Source: an uncultured Actinomycetes bacterium (GTDB taxonomy: Bacteria > Actinomycetota > Actinomycetes > S36-B12 > CAIYMF01). Taken from it: 32,000 bases of DNA. The position numbers were made by a program, and so were the translations under genes. The notes beneath the pieces were generated by a model. The model saw nothing but the letters and a program-made list of their open reading frames with translations. It did no database searches and had not been told where the DNA came from. Position 1 is the stretch's first letter; every line of letters begins with the position of its first letter. Positions 1 to 9,260 of this stretch are shown in pieces. The stretch is taken from assembly GCA_963843975.1 (NCBI GenBank), contig CAWJMG010000003.1, forward strand, positions 1,440,001 to 1,472,000, read 5' to 3'.

Positions 1-1263
1 CTGCGCGAAGCGCGCCATCCGCGCCTCCTCGGTCTCGCCCTTGTCGAGGAAGGTCGCGAAGGCCTCCGCCTGCTGGCCCTGCAGCACCTGCCCGGGACCG
101 GCCGGCACGATGATCACGGTGGTGCCGTCGGCCTTCTCCTGCGTCACGTCGACGTCGACGTCGGCGGTGATGCCGCCGACCGCGTCGACGAGGCCGGACA
201 GCGCACCCGGGTCGAGCACGAGCGTGCCGTTGACGTCGACGCCGATCGCGTCGGAGAGCGCGCCGGCCGAGCCGCCGGGGTCGGGCAGTCGGTTGATCTG
301 GCCGAACGGCAGCGTGCCGCCCGTGGCGACGTCCATGAGGGTGTTCTGCGGGATGCCGATGACGTTGGCACGACCGAGCGGCCCGCCGACGGACAGCAGC
401 GCGTTGGAGACCGCGACGCCCTGGTCGTCGGCTACCTGCAGCAGCAGCGTCGGCTGGGTGGGCCCGGTGGGCGAGGCCGACGCCGTCGGCTGCGGGTCGG
501 GCGCCGGCGCCTGACGGCTCAACCACGTCCAGGCGAGGCCGGCGACGGCGAGCACGACGATGGCGACGACGCCGAAGACCACGAGCCGGTTGTGGGCGCG
601 GTGCGACTGCACCCGCGCCGCGTCCTCGGCCGCGCGACGGCGGGCCGCACGCCCACCGGCGCTCTGGGCCTCGCTCCAGTCGGCGGGAAGGTCGCCTGCA
701 GGCGGGTCCTCGGCGTCGGGTTCCTGCGGCGCCCACCCGTCGATCTCGGAGTCGGACTCGACGGCCGGCTCGACGTCGGCGGGGGCGTCGTCGCCCGCGA
801 GGCTCGAGGCACCAGCCGATGCCGCTGCGGCCGCTGCGGCGGCCTCGGCGGCACGGCGACGGGCGGCGCGACCGCCGTCCACGGGCTCGGAGCCGCCGTC
901 GACGGGCTCGGAGCCGGCGTCGACGACGTCTGTGTCGTCGTCGGCGAGGGGCTCGGTCACGGGCTCACTGGCAGGCGGGTCCAGCGGCACGGCGATCGGC
1001 GGTCCGACGGGGGCGGCGAGCGGAACGCCGGAGGGTGCGCTGGGCTGAGCCTCGTCGACGGCCGCCGGGTGCTCGGCATCGTCCTGCGGCGTCGGCTCAG
1101 CGGGCACGACCGGCACGGGTGCGGTCACGTCGGGACCGCCGTCGGCGTCGGGTGCGCCGGGCTGCTGGCCCGGGTAGGGCTCGAGCGCGGGGACCGGGAG
1201 CGCCCACGGGTCGGGCGTGGTTCCGTCGCCGTGCTCGTCGCCGGGGCGGGGATCGTCGGTCAT
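1..1263 (-). CDS. Membrane-anchored LCP (LytR-CpsA-Psr)-like protein, N-terminal part only (3' end lies beyond the window start)
   Basis: This ORF is missing from the track because it has no stop in the window. I checked the minus-strand frame by hand: no stop triplet from 1263 down to 1. The ATG at 1261-1263 overlaps the nadD stop (ATGA). The translation has an acidic/Pro-rich N-terminal region of about 220 aa, one TM helix ([19 protein letters not shown]), then an ectodomain ([11 protein letters not shown]...[13 protein letters not shown]...[12 protein letters not shown]) that resembles the LCP fold. Confidence 0.6.
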   Translation of the reverse strand, partial: MTDDPRPGDEHGDGTTPDPWALPVPALEPYPGQQPGAPDADGGPDVTAPVPVVPAEPTPQDDAEHPAAVDEAQPSAPSGVPLAAPVGPPIAVPLDPPASEPVTEPLADDDTDVVDAGSEPVDGGSEPVDGGRAARRRAAEAAAAAAAASAGASSLAGDDAPADVEPAVESDSEIDGWAPQEPDAEDPPAGDLPADWSEAQSAGGRAARRRAAEDAARVQSHRAHNRLVVFGVVAIVVLAVAGLAWTWLSRQAPAPDPQPTASASPTGPTQPTLLLQVADDQGVAVSNALLSVGGPLGRANVIGIPQNTLMDVATGGTLPFGQINRLPDPGGSAGALSDAIGVDVNGTLVLDPGALSGLVDAVGGITADVDVDVTQEKADGTTVIIVPAGPGQVLQGQQAEAFATFLDKGETEEARMARFAQ

Positions 1264-1856
1264 GACGACACCTCGCGGTAGAGCCCGTGCTCGGCGACGT
1301 ACCGCTCGACGCCGTCGGGGACCAGGTAGCGGATCGGGGCTCCGTCGGCGACACGGGCGCGGATGTCGCTCGAGGAGATCTCGAGGGCCGGGATCTCGAC
1401 GTACGTGACCGAGCCCTCCGGCAGACCCTCGGGGGCTTCGAGCTCGTGGCCCGGCCTGGTCACGCCGACGAGGTGGGCGAGCGACGGGATCTGGTCGGCG
1501 CTGTGCCAGGTGGCGATGCCCGCCAGTGCGTCGGCACCGGTGATGAAGAAGAGCTCGACGTCGTCTCCGAGGGCGGCGCGGAGGTCGGCGAGCGTGTCGA
1601 CTGTGTAGGTGGGCCCGTCACGGTCGAGGTCGACCCGGGACGCCGAGAGGCGCGGGTCGGACTCGGTCGCGATGACGGTCATGGCGTAGCGGTCCTCGGC
1701 TGGGCTGATGTCCGGACGGGTCTTCTGCCACTGCAGGCCGGCGGCGACCAGCAGCACCTCGTCGAGCCCGAGTCGGTACGCGACCTCGCTCGCGGCCACG
1801 AGGTGTCCGTGGTGCACGGGGTCGAACGTGCCTCCGAGGACCCCGATGCGACGCAC
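1260..1856 (-). CDS. nadD: Nicotinate-nucleotide adenylyltransferase
   Basis: 198 aa with a GTG start at 1856. The N-terminus [19 protein letters not shown] carries the HxGH nucleotidyltransferase motif. The protein looks like NaMN adenylyltransferase along its full length. Its stop overlaps the next gene's ATG. Confidence 0.93.
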   Translation of the reverse strand: MRRIGVLGGTFDPVHHGHLVAASEVAYRLGLDEVLLVAAGLQWQKTRPDISPAEDRYAMTVIATESDPRLSASRVDLDRDGPTYTVDTLADLRAALGDDVELFFITGADALAGIATWHSADQIPSLAHLVGVTRPGHELEAPEGLPEGSVTYVEIPALEISSSDIRARVADGAPIRYLVPDGVERYVAEHGLYREVSS

Positions 1857-1872
1857 AGCCGTACGGCGCCGG

Positions 1873-2019
1873 TCAGCGGTCGATGTTGACGCGCGTGACG
1901 ACGAACAGGAGGGCGAGGAGCGCGACGAGGGCGAAACCGCCGAAGAACCACTTCGACGGGAGATCGCTGTGCTCGTTGGCGACCAAGATGGCCTCGGCCA
2001 GGAATGCTGCGGCGCTCAT
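1873..2019 (-). CDS. Small hydrophobic protein (48 aa), function unknown
   Basis: This ORF is below the track's size cutoff. It runs from the ATG at 2017-2019 to the TGA at 1873-1875 and encodes [48 protein letters not shown]. 44 of 48 codons end in G or C, as in real genes here. GAGGGG lies about 8 nt upstream of the ATG. There is one predicted TM helix. The stop is 17 nt upstream of the nadD start. Confidence 0.55.
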   Translation of the reverse strand: MSAAAFLAEAILVANEHSDLPSKWFFGGFALVALLALLFVVTRVNIDR

Positions 2020-2185
2020 CGTGCGTACCCCTCGCTCCTCGCTCCTCGTCGCTCGGCGCGACGCACATGCCCGGGTCCGGGTCGAGGCGAGGATAGCAAC
2101 GGGCGGGGCCGCATCCCCGGACCGGCCCGCGGACGCGTCCCGATCGTGACCCTCGCTCCACCCGGCCGAGTTGTGGACGCCAGAG

Positions 2186-2240
2186 CGCCCCTGAAGGGCA
2201 CTTGGTGACCCTAAGGGTCACGAAGTGCCCTTGAGGGGCG
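2186..2240. repeat. 55-bp palindromic element, copy 1 (27+1+27); probable terminator or REP-like element 61 nt downstream of proA
   Basis: Sequence: CGCCCCTGAAGGGCACTTGGTGACCCT-A-AGGGTCACGAAGTGCCCTTGAGGGGCG. The arms are complementary at 25 of 27 positions. It is built from the same 19-mer as the element at 22482-22536. Confidence 0.8.
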
Positions 2241-2301
2241 GTGGTGCGACCACTTCTTGGGCGCTTTCGTCACCTGTGCTCGGGTGGTGCGGCGACGCGG
2301 G

Positions 2302-3585
2302 TCAGGTGCGGATGTGGCCGTCGCCGGTCACGACGTACGTCGTGCTGGTGAGCTCGGCCAGGCCCATCGGGCCGCGGGCGTGCAGCTTCTGGGTCGAGAT
2401 GCCGATCTCGGCGCCGAAGCCGAACTCGCCGCCGTCGGTGAAGCGCGTGGAGGCGTTGACCATCACGGCCGCGGAGTCGACACCGGTGATGAAGGTCTGG
2501 ATCGCCGACGCCGAGTCGCTCACGATCGCCTCGGTGTGGCCGGAGGACCAGCGACGGATGTGCGTGAGCGCGGCGTCGAGGTCGTCGACCACTCCCGCCG
2601 CGAGGTCGAGCGAGTAGTACTCCGCCGCCCAGTCCTCGTCGGTCACCGGCGCGAACACGATGCCCGCCGTTTCGGCGTACGCCGCCATGCGCTCGTCGCC
2701 GTGGACCGTGACGCCCTTGTCGCGCAGGGCGGCCAGCGCGCGCGGCAGGAACGCGTCGGCGACGTCGGCGTGCACGAGGAAGGTCTCGGCCGCGTTGCAG
2801 ACGCTGACGCGGTGGGTCTTGGCGTTGACGAGGATCGCCACAGCCTTGTCGAGGTCGGCGGCCGCGTCGACGTACACGTGGCAGTTGCCCACGCCCGTCT
2901 CGATCACGGGCACCGTCGACTCCTCGACCACGCTGCGGATGAGCCCCGCTCCCCCGCGCGGGATCAGCACGTCGACCAGGCCTCGCGCGGTCATGAGGTG
3001 CTTCACCGACTCGTGCGTGGTGCCGGGCACGAGCGCGATCGCGTCGGCCGGCAGGCCGCTGGCGACGAGCGCCTCGCGCATCACCTCGACGAGCACGACG
3101 TTGGTGTCGTACGCCGACGAGCTCCCTCGCAGCAGCGCCGCGTTGCCGCTCTTGAGGCACAGCACGGCGGCGTCCACCGTGACGTTCGGCCGGGCCTCGT
3201 AGATCATGCCGACCACGCCGAGCGGCACGCGCACCTGCCGCACGTCGAGCCCGTTGGGGAGCGTGTAGCCGCGGACGACCTCGCCGACCGGGTCGGGCAG
3301 TGCGGCGACGTCGCGCGCGGCGTCGGCGATCGCGTGCAGGCGCTCGGGCGTGAGGGTGAGGCGGTCGACGATCGCCGGGTCGGTGCCGTTCTCGACCGCG
3401 CGCACGACGTCGCCGGCGTTCGCGGCCACGACGCGGGCGGTCGCGGCGTCGAGCGCGTCGGCGATCGCGAGGACCGCGGCGTCCTTCTGGCTGCGGTGCA
3501 GCGCGCGCAGGGTGACGGCGGCCGCGCGGGCGGCACGGGCCACGTCGTGCACGGCCTCGCGGTCGTTGCTGCTGATGTCGCTCAC
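2302..3585 (-). CDS. proA: Glutamate-5-semialdehyde dehydrogenase (gamma-glutamyl phosphate reductase)
   Basis: 427 aa with a GTG start. The protein resembles ProA along its full length, including the aldehyde-dehydrogenase-type catalytic Cys context [13 protein letters not shown] and [10 protein letters not shown]. No clear SD precedes the start. Confidence 0.93.
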   Translation of the reverse strand: MSDISSNDREAVHDVARAARAAAVTLRALHRSQKDAAVLAIADALDAATARVVAANAGDVVRAVENGTDPAIVDRLTLTPERLHAIADAARDVAALPDPVGEVVRGYTLPNGLDVRQVRVPLGVVGMIYEARPNVTVDAAVLCLKSGNAALLRGSSSAYDTNVVLVEVMREALVASGLPADAIALVPGTTHESVKHLMTARGLVDVLIPRGGAGLIRSVVEESTVPVIETGVGNCHVYVDAAADLDKAVAILVNAKTHRVSVCNAAETFLVHADVADAFLPRALAALRDKGVTVHGDERMAAYAETAGIVFAPVTDEDWAAEYYSLDLAAGVVDDLDAALTHIRRWSSGHTEAIVSDSASAIQTFITGVDSAAVMVNASTRFTDGGEFGFGAEIGISTQKLHARGPMGLAELTSTTYVVTGDGHIRT

Positions 3586-3621
3586 GGGACGAGGGTACCG
3601 GCGGGCCCTTGGCGCCCCTCG

Positions 3622-4914
3622 TCAGACCGGCGTCTCCTCGACGGCCTCGCCGAGGCGTCGTGCCTCGCGGCGGCGGTGGGCGTCGAGCAGCAGCATCACG
3701 GGCGTCGCCGAGATGCCGTGCACGAGGATCGAGCCGATGACCACGAGCGCCGTCACCGACCACAGGTAGTCGCCGGCCGGGAAGTCGCCCTCGCGCAGCG
3801 CGAACGCCACGTAGAACAGCGACCCCACGCCGCGCACGCCGAAGAAGGCGATGACTGCGCGCTCCTTCGGCCCCGTCTTGCCCGGGCTCAGGGCCAGCCA
3901 GCCGGCGAGCGGTCGTACGACGAGCAGCACTGCGGCGGCCACAGCCACCTCGGACCAGCCGATGCCGACGAGGAGGCCGCGCCCCACTGCTCCCCCGAGC
4001 AGCACGATGACGACGACCGTCAGGATCCGCTCGATCTGCTCGACGAACGTGTGCAGCACCACGTGGTAGCGGTGCTGGCGCTCGGCCGCGCGGAGGGTGC
4101 AGGCGCACACGAAGACGGCGACGAAGCCGTAGCCGTGCACCATCTCGGCCACGCCGTACGCCACGAACGTCGCCGCGATGGCCACGAACCCCTCGGACTT
4201 CTCCGCCAGGTGGAAGCGCTCGGCGAGCGTCGAGAAGAACAGGCGGCCGAGCAGCCACCCGACCGCGAGACCGGTGAGCACCCCGGCCGACAGCCGCCAG
4301 GCGACGTCGACGGCGAGCCAGTGACCGAGCCAGGCGGCTGGCGCCACCCCGACCAGGCTGATCGCGACCGCGGCGTACGTGAATGGGAAGGCGAGGCCGT
4401 CGTTGAGCCCCGCCTCGGAGGTGAGCGCGAACCGGACCTCGTCGTCGGCGGCGTCCTCCTCGGTCACCGGCTCGCTGACCTGGACCTCGGTGGCGAGGAC
4501 GGGATCGGTGGGCGCCAGCACCGCGCCGAGCAGCAGCGCGCTCGCGACGCCGAGCCCGAGCACCGAGGCTCCGAGGACGCCGACGGCCAGCACCGACAGC
4601 GGCATCGTGATGCCGAGGAGCCGCCAGGTGGACGACCAGGTGCCCCAGGCCACGGGTCGGTTCAGCGCCAGCCCGGCACCCATCAGCGAGACGAGGACGC
4701 AGACCTCGGTGAGGTGCAGCGCGACGTCGCTGCCCGCGACCGGGTCCGGGTCGGGGAGGGCGGGCAGGAGCGCGAAGGCCAGGATCCCTGCGCCGAGGAA
4801 CACCATCGGCATCGAGACCGGCACCCGGCCGAGCAGCTTGGGCAGAAGGGCCGCCGCGAGCGTGGCAAGGCCGGCCACGGCGTACAGAACCGCCGTCCCC
4901 TCGATCTGCAGCAT
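3622..4914 (-). CDS. Cation:proton antiporter (Na+/H+ exchanger, CPA1/NhaP-like)
   Basis: Polytopic membrane protein with the LAPTDPV motif typical of Na+/H+ exchangers. The track ORF starts at TTG 4965, but the first 17 codons have poor GC3. I prefer ATG 4914 (MLQIEGTAVLY...), giving 430 aa. Confidence 0.85.
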   Translation of the reverse strand: MLQIEGTAVLYAVAGLATLAAALLPKLLGRVPVSMPMVFLGAGILAFALLPALPDPDPVAGSDVALHLTEVCVLVSLMGAGLALNRPVAWGTWSSTWRLLGITMPLSVLAVGVLGASVLGLGVASALLLGAVLAPTDPVLATEVQVSEPVTEEDAADDEVRFALTSEAGLNDGLAFPFTYAAVAISLVGVAPAAWLGHWLAVDVAWRLSAGVLTGLAVGWLLGRLFFSTLAERFHLAEKSEGFVAIAATFVAYGVAEMVHGYGFVAVFVCACTLRAAERQHRYHVVLHTFVEQIERILTVVVIVLLGGAVGRGLLVGIGWSEVAVAAAVLLVVRPLAGWLALSPGKTGPKERAVIAFFGVRGVGSLFYVAFALREGDFPAGDYLWSVTALVVIGSILVHGISATPVMLLLDAHRRREARRLGEAVEETPV

Positions 4915-5013
4915 CCCGCCACCGTAGGTGCGGCGGGGTCGCAGCGGTGATGACGAGGCGACCAATCCGGGGCGGCGGTCAGGGGACGACGGTCAGGCCC
5001 GGACCGCCGTCGG

Positions 5014-5355
5014 TCAGAACGGGGCTACGCCGACGAGGCTCATGGGCACCGACGGCATCCGGCCTCGGCGGTGGAACATGTCGCGGTCGACCACCTCGAC
5101 CCCGACCACCTGCCAGTCGGGCAGGCCGCACTTCTCCTGGTGCTCGGCCCACAGGCTGAGGGCGAGGGCGACGACGGACTGGGCGTCCGGCGCCTCCTCC
5201 CAGTAGCGGACCTCGGCCCTGTCGACGCTGTAGCGGCCCGAGAGCAGGAAGGGATGGTCGTGGCTGAGGTGCTCGAGCGCGACGCGGATCTCCGGCTCGG
5301 TGACGGCCTCGCCCGCGACGGTGAGGGTGACGTGCCAGAACGGGAACCCGGTCAT
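5014..5355 (-). CDS. Hypothetical protein (113 aa)
   Basis: The track ORF 5014..5640 overlaps proB. The internal ATG at 5353-5355 has a perfect AGGAGG 5 nt upstream and lies 22 nt after the proB stop. The product starts MTGFPFWHVTLTVAGEAVTEPEIRVALEHL.... I recognise no family. Confidence 0.65.
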   Translation of the reverse strand: MTGFPFWHVTLTVAGEAVTEPEIRVALEHLSHDHPFLLSGRYSVDRAEVRYWEEAPDAQSVVALALSLWAEHQEKCGLPDWQVVGVEVVDRDMFHRRGRMPSVPMSLVGVAPF

Positions 5356-5377
5356 GGCACCTCCTGGCAGCTGGCGC

Positions 5378-6505
5378 CTAGTGGCGCAGGACGACCAGGT
5401 CGTCGCGGTGGACGACCTCACGCTCGTACGCCGGTCCCAGCTCCCGTGCCAGGTCTCGGGTCGAACGGCCGAGGAGGTCGGGGAGCTCTGTCGAGTCAAA
5501 GTTGACCAGCCCGCGGGCCACGGTGTTGCCGTTTTCGTCGAGCAGGTCCACTGGATCACCCGCGACGAACACGCCTGTGACAGAAGTGATACCTGCGGGC
5601 AGCAGCGAGAGGCGTCGACGTACGACGGCGTCGACGGCACCGGGGTCCAGGACGAGCGAGCCGCGGCCGGCGGTGGCGTGGCGGAGCCAGAGCAGGCGGG
5701 TGCCGCTGCGCTCGCCCGTGGAGTGGAAGAGCGTGCCGACCTGGGCGCCGGCCAGCGCCTCGGCGGCCTGCGCGGCCGAGGTGAGGACGACGGGGATGCC
5801 GGCGGAGGTCGCGATGCGGGCGGCCTCGACCTTGGTGACCATGCCGCCGAGGCCGACGCCGGAGCCGGTGCCTCCCACCTCGACCTCGGCGAGGTCGGCC
5901 TCGCTGCGCACGTCGGCGATGAGCGTGGAGCCCTCGCGGCTCGGGGGGCCGTCGTACAGGCCGTCGACGTCCGAGAGCAGCACGAGCAGGTCGGCCTGGA
6001 CGAGGTGGGCGACCAGCGCGGCGAGGCGGTCGTTGTCGCCGAAGCGGATCTCGTCGGTCGCGACCGTGTCGTTCTCGTTCACGATCGGGACGACGCCGAG
6101 CTCGAGCAGCCGGTACAGCGTGCGCTGAGCGTTGCGGTAGTGGCTGCGCCGGATGACGTCCTCGGCGGTGAGCAGCACCTGGCCGACCGTGCGGCCGTGC
6201 CGCGCGAAGGCGCCGGTGTAGTGGGCGAGCAGGATCCCCTGGCCGACGCTGGCTGCCGCCTGCTGCGTGGCGAGGTCACGCGGACGCCGGGTGAGCTTCA
6301 ACGTCGGGAGGCCGGTGGCGATGGCGCCCGAGCTGACGAGCACGATCTCCACGCCCGCACCGAGCCGTGACCCGAGGGCGTCCACGAGCGCGTCGACGCG
6401 CACGGCGTCGAGCCCGCCGCCGCGACCGGTCAGGGACGACGACCCGACCTTCACCACGACGCGCGAGGCCTTCGTGACGACCGGTCGCTTGCCCACGGGC
6501 GTCAT
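5378..6505 (-). CDS. proB: Glutamate 5-kinase
   Basis: 375 aa. It has an amino-acid kinase fold (RVVVKVGSSSLT, GDNDRLAALVA) and a C-terminal PUA-like domain. Confidence 0.95.
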   Translation of the reverse strand: MTPVGKRPVVTKASRVVVKVGSSSLTGRGGGLDAVRVDALVDALGSRLGAGVEIVLVSSGAIATGLPTLKLTRRPRDLATQQAAASVGQGILLAHYTGAFARHGRTVGQVLLTAEDVIRRSHYRNAQRTLYRLLELGVVPIVNENDTVATDEIRFGDNDRLAALVAHLVQADLLVLLSDVDGLYDGPPSREGSTLIADVRSEADLAEVEVGGTGSGVGLGGMVTKVEAARIATSAGIPVVLTSAAQAAEALAGAQVGTLFHSTGERSGTRLLWLRHATAGRGSLVLDPGAVDAVVRRRLSLLPAGITSVTGVFVAGDPVDLLDENGNTVARGLVNFDSTELPDLLGRSTRDLARELGPAYEREVVHRDDLVVLRH

Positions 6506-6603
6506 CCTGCCGTACGCCGCGCCGCGGACGGCGCAGGGGTTTTGCCCGGTACGGGCCTGGATCTGCGTCCCGCTGCGTCGGTGGCCGGTGGTATCAACGC
6601 CGC

Positions 6604-6900
6604 ATGAGCATCGAGTCGACGTTCGCCGCGCCGCTGTGGCGCTCGGCCAGCGACGGCGCCTGGCACTTCCTCACCGTGCCCGAGGCGGTCAGCGACGACA
6701 TCCGCTCGCGCGTTCCGCCCGCACCGGGCTTCGGCTCGGTCCGCGTCACCGTCAGCGTGGGCTCGAGCACCTGGGACACCTCGGTCTTCCCCGACGCCAA
6801 GGCCGGGCGCTACGTGCTGCCCGTGAAGGCCGCCGTACGCCGGCGGGAGCGGATCGAGGACGGCGACGAGGTCGAGGTGCACCTCGTCGCCCACGTGTAG
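6604..6900 (+). CDS. DUF1905 domain-containing protein
   Basis: 98 aa. The sequence GAWHFLTVPEAVSDDIR...GSVRVTVSVGSSTWDTSVFPDAKAGRYVLPVKAAVRRRERIEDGDEVEVHL matches the DUF1905 pattern as I remember it. Confidence 0.8.
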   Translation: MSIESTFAAPLWRSASDGAWHFLTVPEAVSDDIRSRVPPAPGFGSVRVTVSVGSSTWDTSVFPDAKAGRYVLPVKAAVRRRERIEDGDEVEVHLVAHV

Positions 6901-6923
6901 CCAGGCCGTGCCCGATCGCTCGG

Positions 6924-7262
6924 CTACGTACGGCGCGCCCGCTCGATCGACTCCGCGATGCCCTTGATACGGCGCATGCGGGCATCCCAGGCCGTGCCCA
7001 CCGCCGCGAGCTGTGCCGCCGCGCGCGCGAGCTGTGCCTCGTCCACGTGATACCTGCTCTCCCGTCCGACCGGTGTCGCTGTCACGAGCCCGACCCGGTC
7101 GAGCACCGCGAGGTGCTTGGCCACCGCCTGCCGGGTGACCGGCAGCTGAGCGCTGAGCGTCGTCGCCGTCCCCACGCCGTCTGCAAGCAGGAGGTCGAGC
7201 AGCCGGCGGCGCGTGGGATCGCCGATCGCCGACCAGAGGTCGTCGTCGACCGAGATGCTCAC
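6924..7262 (-). CDS. ArsR/SmtB family transcriptional regulator
   Basis: 112 aa with a GTG start. The winged-HTH signature is IGDPTRRRLLDLL...TATTLSAQLPVTRQAVAKHLAVLDRVGLV. The start overlaps the stop of the upstream SRPBCC gene (GTGA at 7259-7262). Confidence 0.9.
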   Translation of the reverse strand: MSISVDDDLWSAIGDPTRRRLLDLLLADGVGTATTLSAQLPVTRQAVAKHLAVLDRVGLVTATPVGRESRYHVDEAQLARAAAQLAAVGTAWDARMRRIKGIAESIERARRT

Positions 7263-7723
7263 GCCGCCGACACCAGCCGCGTCACGTAGTCACCGATGCT
7301 GGGCACGAAGATGTCCCACCCGTTCACGTGGTCGGCGTACGCCGCCTCCATGACCGCGACCTCCCAGCCCTTCTCGCGGAAGCCCGTCTCGGTCATCCGC
7401 AGCAGCGTCCCGCCGTCGGACGGCGTGAGCTCGAACGTGACGAGCAGCGAGTTGTCCGGCGTCGGGGCCGCTGCGCCCTCGTACACCCAGCGGAACGAGA
7501 ACAGCCGCGGGGGCTCGGACGCCACGACCGTGACCTCGTCGATGTGCGGCTCGGGAGTGCCCCTCCCCCAGGCGATCTCGGCGACCGTGCCCACCGACGG
7601 CCCCAAGTCGGTGTCGCACCCGTTCCACCACTCGCGGATGTGGTCGGGGCTGGTGATCACCTCGAACACGACCTCGGGCGAGGCCTCGATGCGGATCTCT
7701 CGCTCGATGCTTCCGTGCTCCAT
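7259..7723 (-). CDS. SRPBCC (AHSA1/START-like) domain protein
   Basis: 154 aa. The sequence IEREIRIEASPEVVFEVITSPDHIREWW is typical of Aha1-like SRPBCC proteins, which are commonly paired with ArsR regulators. Confidence 0.85.
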   Translation of the reverse strand: MEHGSIEREIRIEASPEVVFEVITSPDHIREWWNGCDTDLGPSVGTVAEIAWGRGTPEPHIDEVTVVASEPPRLFSFRWVYEGAAAPTPDNSLLVTFELTPSDGGTLLRMTETGFREKGWEVAVMEAAYADHVNGWDIFVPSIGDYVTRLVSAA

Positions 7724-7736
7724 GACGGTCCGCCTT

Positions 7737-7757
7737 CCTGCAACGTTTGGTTGCAGG
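7737..7757. promoter_or_regulatory. Perfect palindrome CCTGCAAC-gtttg-GTTGCAGG, candidate ArsR-type operator 1
   Basis: It has 8-bp perfect arms and lies 14 to 34 nt upstream of the SRPBCC/ArsR operon start codon, abutting the RBS (GGAAGG). Confidence 0.55.
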
Positions 7758-7777
7758 AACGGTACGGGAGCCGGTCG

Positions 7778-7804
7778 CGATATGCAACCTTTAGTTGCGT
7801 ATCG
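7778..7804. promoter_or_regulatory. Palindrome CGATATGCAAC-cttta-GTTGCgTATCG, candidate operator 2 and promoter region
   Basis: It has 11-bp arms with one mismatch and the same TGCAAC-N5-GTTGC core as operator 1. The centres are 44 bp apart. This is the most AT-rich patch of the window. Confidence 0.5.
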
Positions 7805-7819
7805 TTCGGCGGGTCCGGG

Positions 7820-9196
7820 CTAGTGGCCGAGGAGGCGGTCGTCGCTGCCGCGCGGACCGCCGAGCGGAGTGCCGGCCGCGATGGTCGGCTCGAAGTCGAA
7901 CACGACGCCGTTGTCCTCGGCGCCGATGACGACCGTGGCGCCGGGCACCGCACCGAGCTGGAGCAGCTTGTCCTCGACGCCGAGGCGCGCGAGACGGTCG
8001 GCCAGGTAGCCGACGGCCTCGTCGTTGGAGAAGTCGGTCTGGCGCACCCAGCGCTGCGGGCGCTCGCCGCGCACGAGGTAGCGGACGCCGTCGGCGTCCT
8101 CCTCGCGCGTGACGGTGAAGCCGGTGTCGTCGACGGCCTTCGGCGTGAGCACCACGCGCGGCGCGACCTCGACGATGATGCTGGCCCGGCGCTCCTTGAC
8201 CAGCGCGGCCATGGCGAAGCCGAGCTCGCGCAGGCCGTCGTGCGCGACGGCGCTGACCTCGAGCACGGTGTAGCCGCGGGCCTCGAGCTCGGGCCGGACG
8301 AGGTCGGCGAGCTCGCGGGCCTCGGGCACGTCGACCTTGTTGAGCGCGATGAGGCGGGGTCGGTCGGCGAGGTCGCCCTCGGTGCCGCCGTACGCCGCGA
8401 GCTCGGCCTCGATCACGTCGAGGTCGGTCAGCGGGTCGCGGCCGGGGTCGAGGGTGGCGCAGTCGAGCACGTGCACGAGGACGTGGCAGCGCTCGACATG
8501 GCGCAGGAACTCCAGGCCGAGGCCCTTGCCCTCGCTGGCACCGGGGATGAGGCCGGGCACGTCGGCGACGGTGAAGACCGTCTCGCCCGCCGTCACGACA
8601 CCGAGGTTGGGCACCAGCGTGGTGAACGGGTAGTCGGCGATCTTCGGGCGGGCGGCCGACATCGCGGCGATGAGCGAGGACTTGCCGGCGCTCGGGAAGC
8701 CCACGAGCGCGACGTCGGCGACGGACTTCAGCTCGAGGACGACGTCGAGCGCAACGCCGGGCTCGCCGAGGAGCGCGAAGCCGGGAGCCTTGCGACGGGT
8801 GCTGGCGAGCGCGGCGTTGCCGAGGCCGCCGTGGCCGCCCTTGGCGATCACGGCCTCCATGCCGTCCGCGACGAGGTCGGCCAGGACGTTGCCGCGGCTG
8901 TCCAGGGCGACGGTGCCCGGGGGCACGCGCAGGACGATGTCGGCACCGGTGCCGCCGCTGCGGTGACCGCCCTCGCCGGGGCGGCCGTTGCCGGCGCGGC
9001 GGTGGGGGCCGTGGTGGAACTCCAGCAGCGAGGTGACGTTCGGGTCCACGACGAGACGGACGTCGCCGCCGTGGCCGCCGTTGCCACCGTCCGGGCCGCC
9101 GAGCGGCTTGAACTTCTCGCGGTAGACCGAGGCGCAGCCGTGGCCGCCGTCCCCGCCCGCGACGTGCAGGACGACGCGGTCGACGAAGGTGGTCAT
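7820..9196 (-). CDS. obg: GTPase Obg/CgtA
   Basis: 458 aa. It has the Gly-rich Obg fold ([18 protein letters not shown]), GTPase motifs [16 protein letters not shown] and NKVD, and a C-terminal OCT-type domain. Confidence 0.96.
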   Translation of the reverse strand: MTTFVDRVVLHVAGGDGGHGCASVYREKFKPLGGPDGGNGGHGGDVRLVVDPNVTSLLEFHHGPHRRAGNGRPGEGGHRSGGTGADIVLRVPPGTVALDSRGNVLADLVADGMEAVIAKGGHGGLGNAALASTRRKAPGFALLGEPGVALDVVLELKSVADVALVGFPSAGKSSLIAAMSAARPKIADYPFTTLVPNLGVVTAGETVFTVADVPGLIPGASEGKGLGLEFLRHVERCHVLVHVLDCATLDPGRDPLTDLDVIEAELAAYGGTEGDLADRPRLIALNKVDVPEARELADLVRPELEARGYTVLEVSAVAHDGLRELGFAMAALVKERRASIIVEVAPRVVLTPKAVDDTGFTVTREEDADGVRYLVRGERPQRWVRQTDFSNDEAVGYLADRLARLGVEDKLLQLGAVPGATVVIGAEDNGVVFDFEPTIAAGTPLGGPRGSDDRLLGH

Positions 9197-9260
9197 GTGT
9201 CTGCTCTCGGTTCTGCTGTTGTGCGGCGGGTCGTGCGGGGTGGGACAGGGGCGGACATGC

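Noticed and set aside
2257-4950. An 897-aa plus-strand ORF, and similar long plus-strand ORFs at 7328-9340, 10268-12859, 13688-15706, 17128-19653, 19990-22374 and 23289-25271
   Set aside because: Each lies exactly antisense to well-supported minus-strand genes (proA and antiporter, obg, rne, rSAM, mrdA, mreCDB, folC). Their Arg/Gly/Asp/His-rich shadow-frame composition has no recognisable domains.
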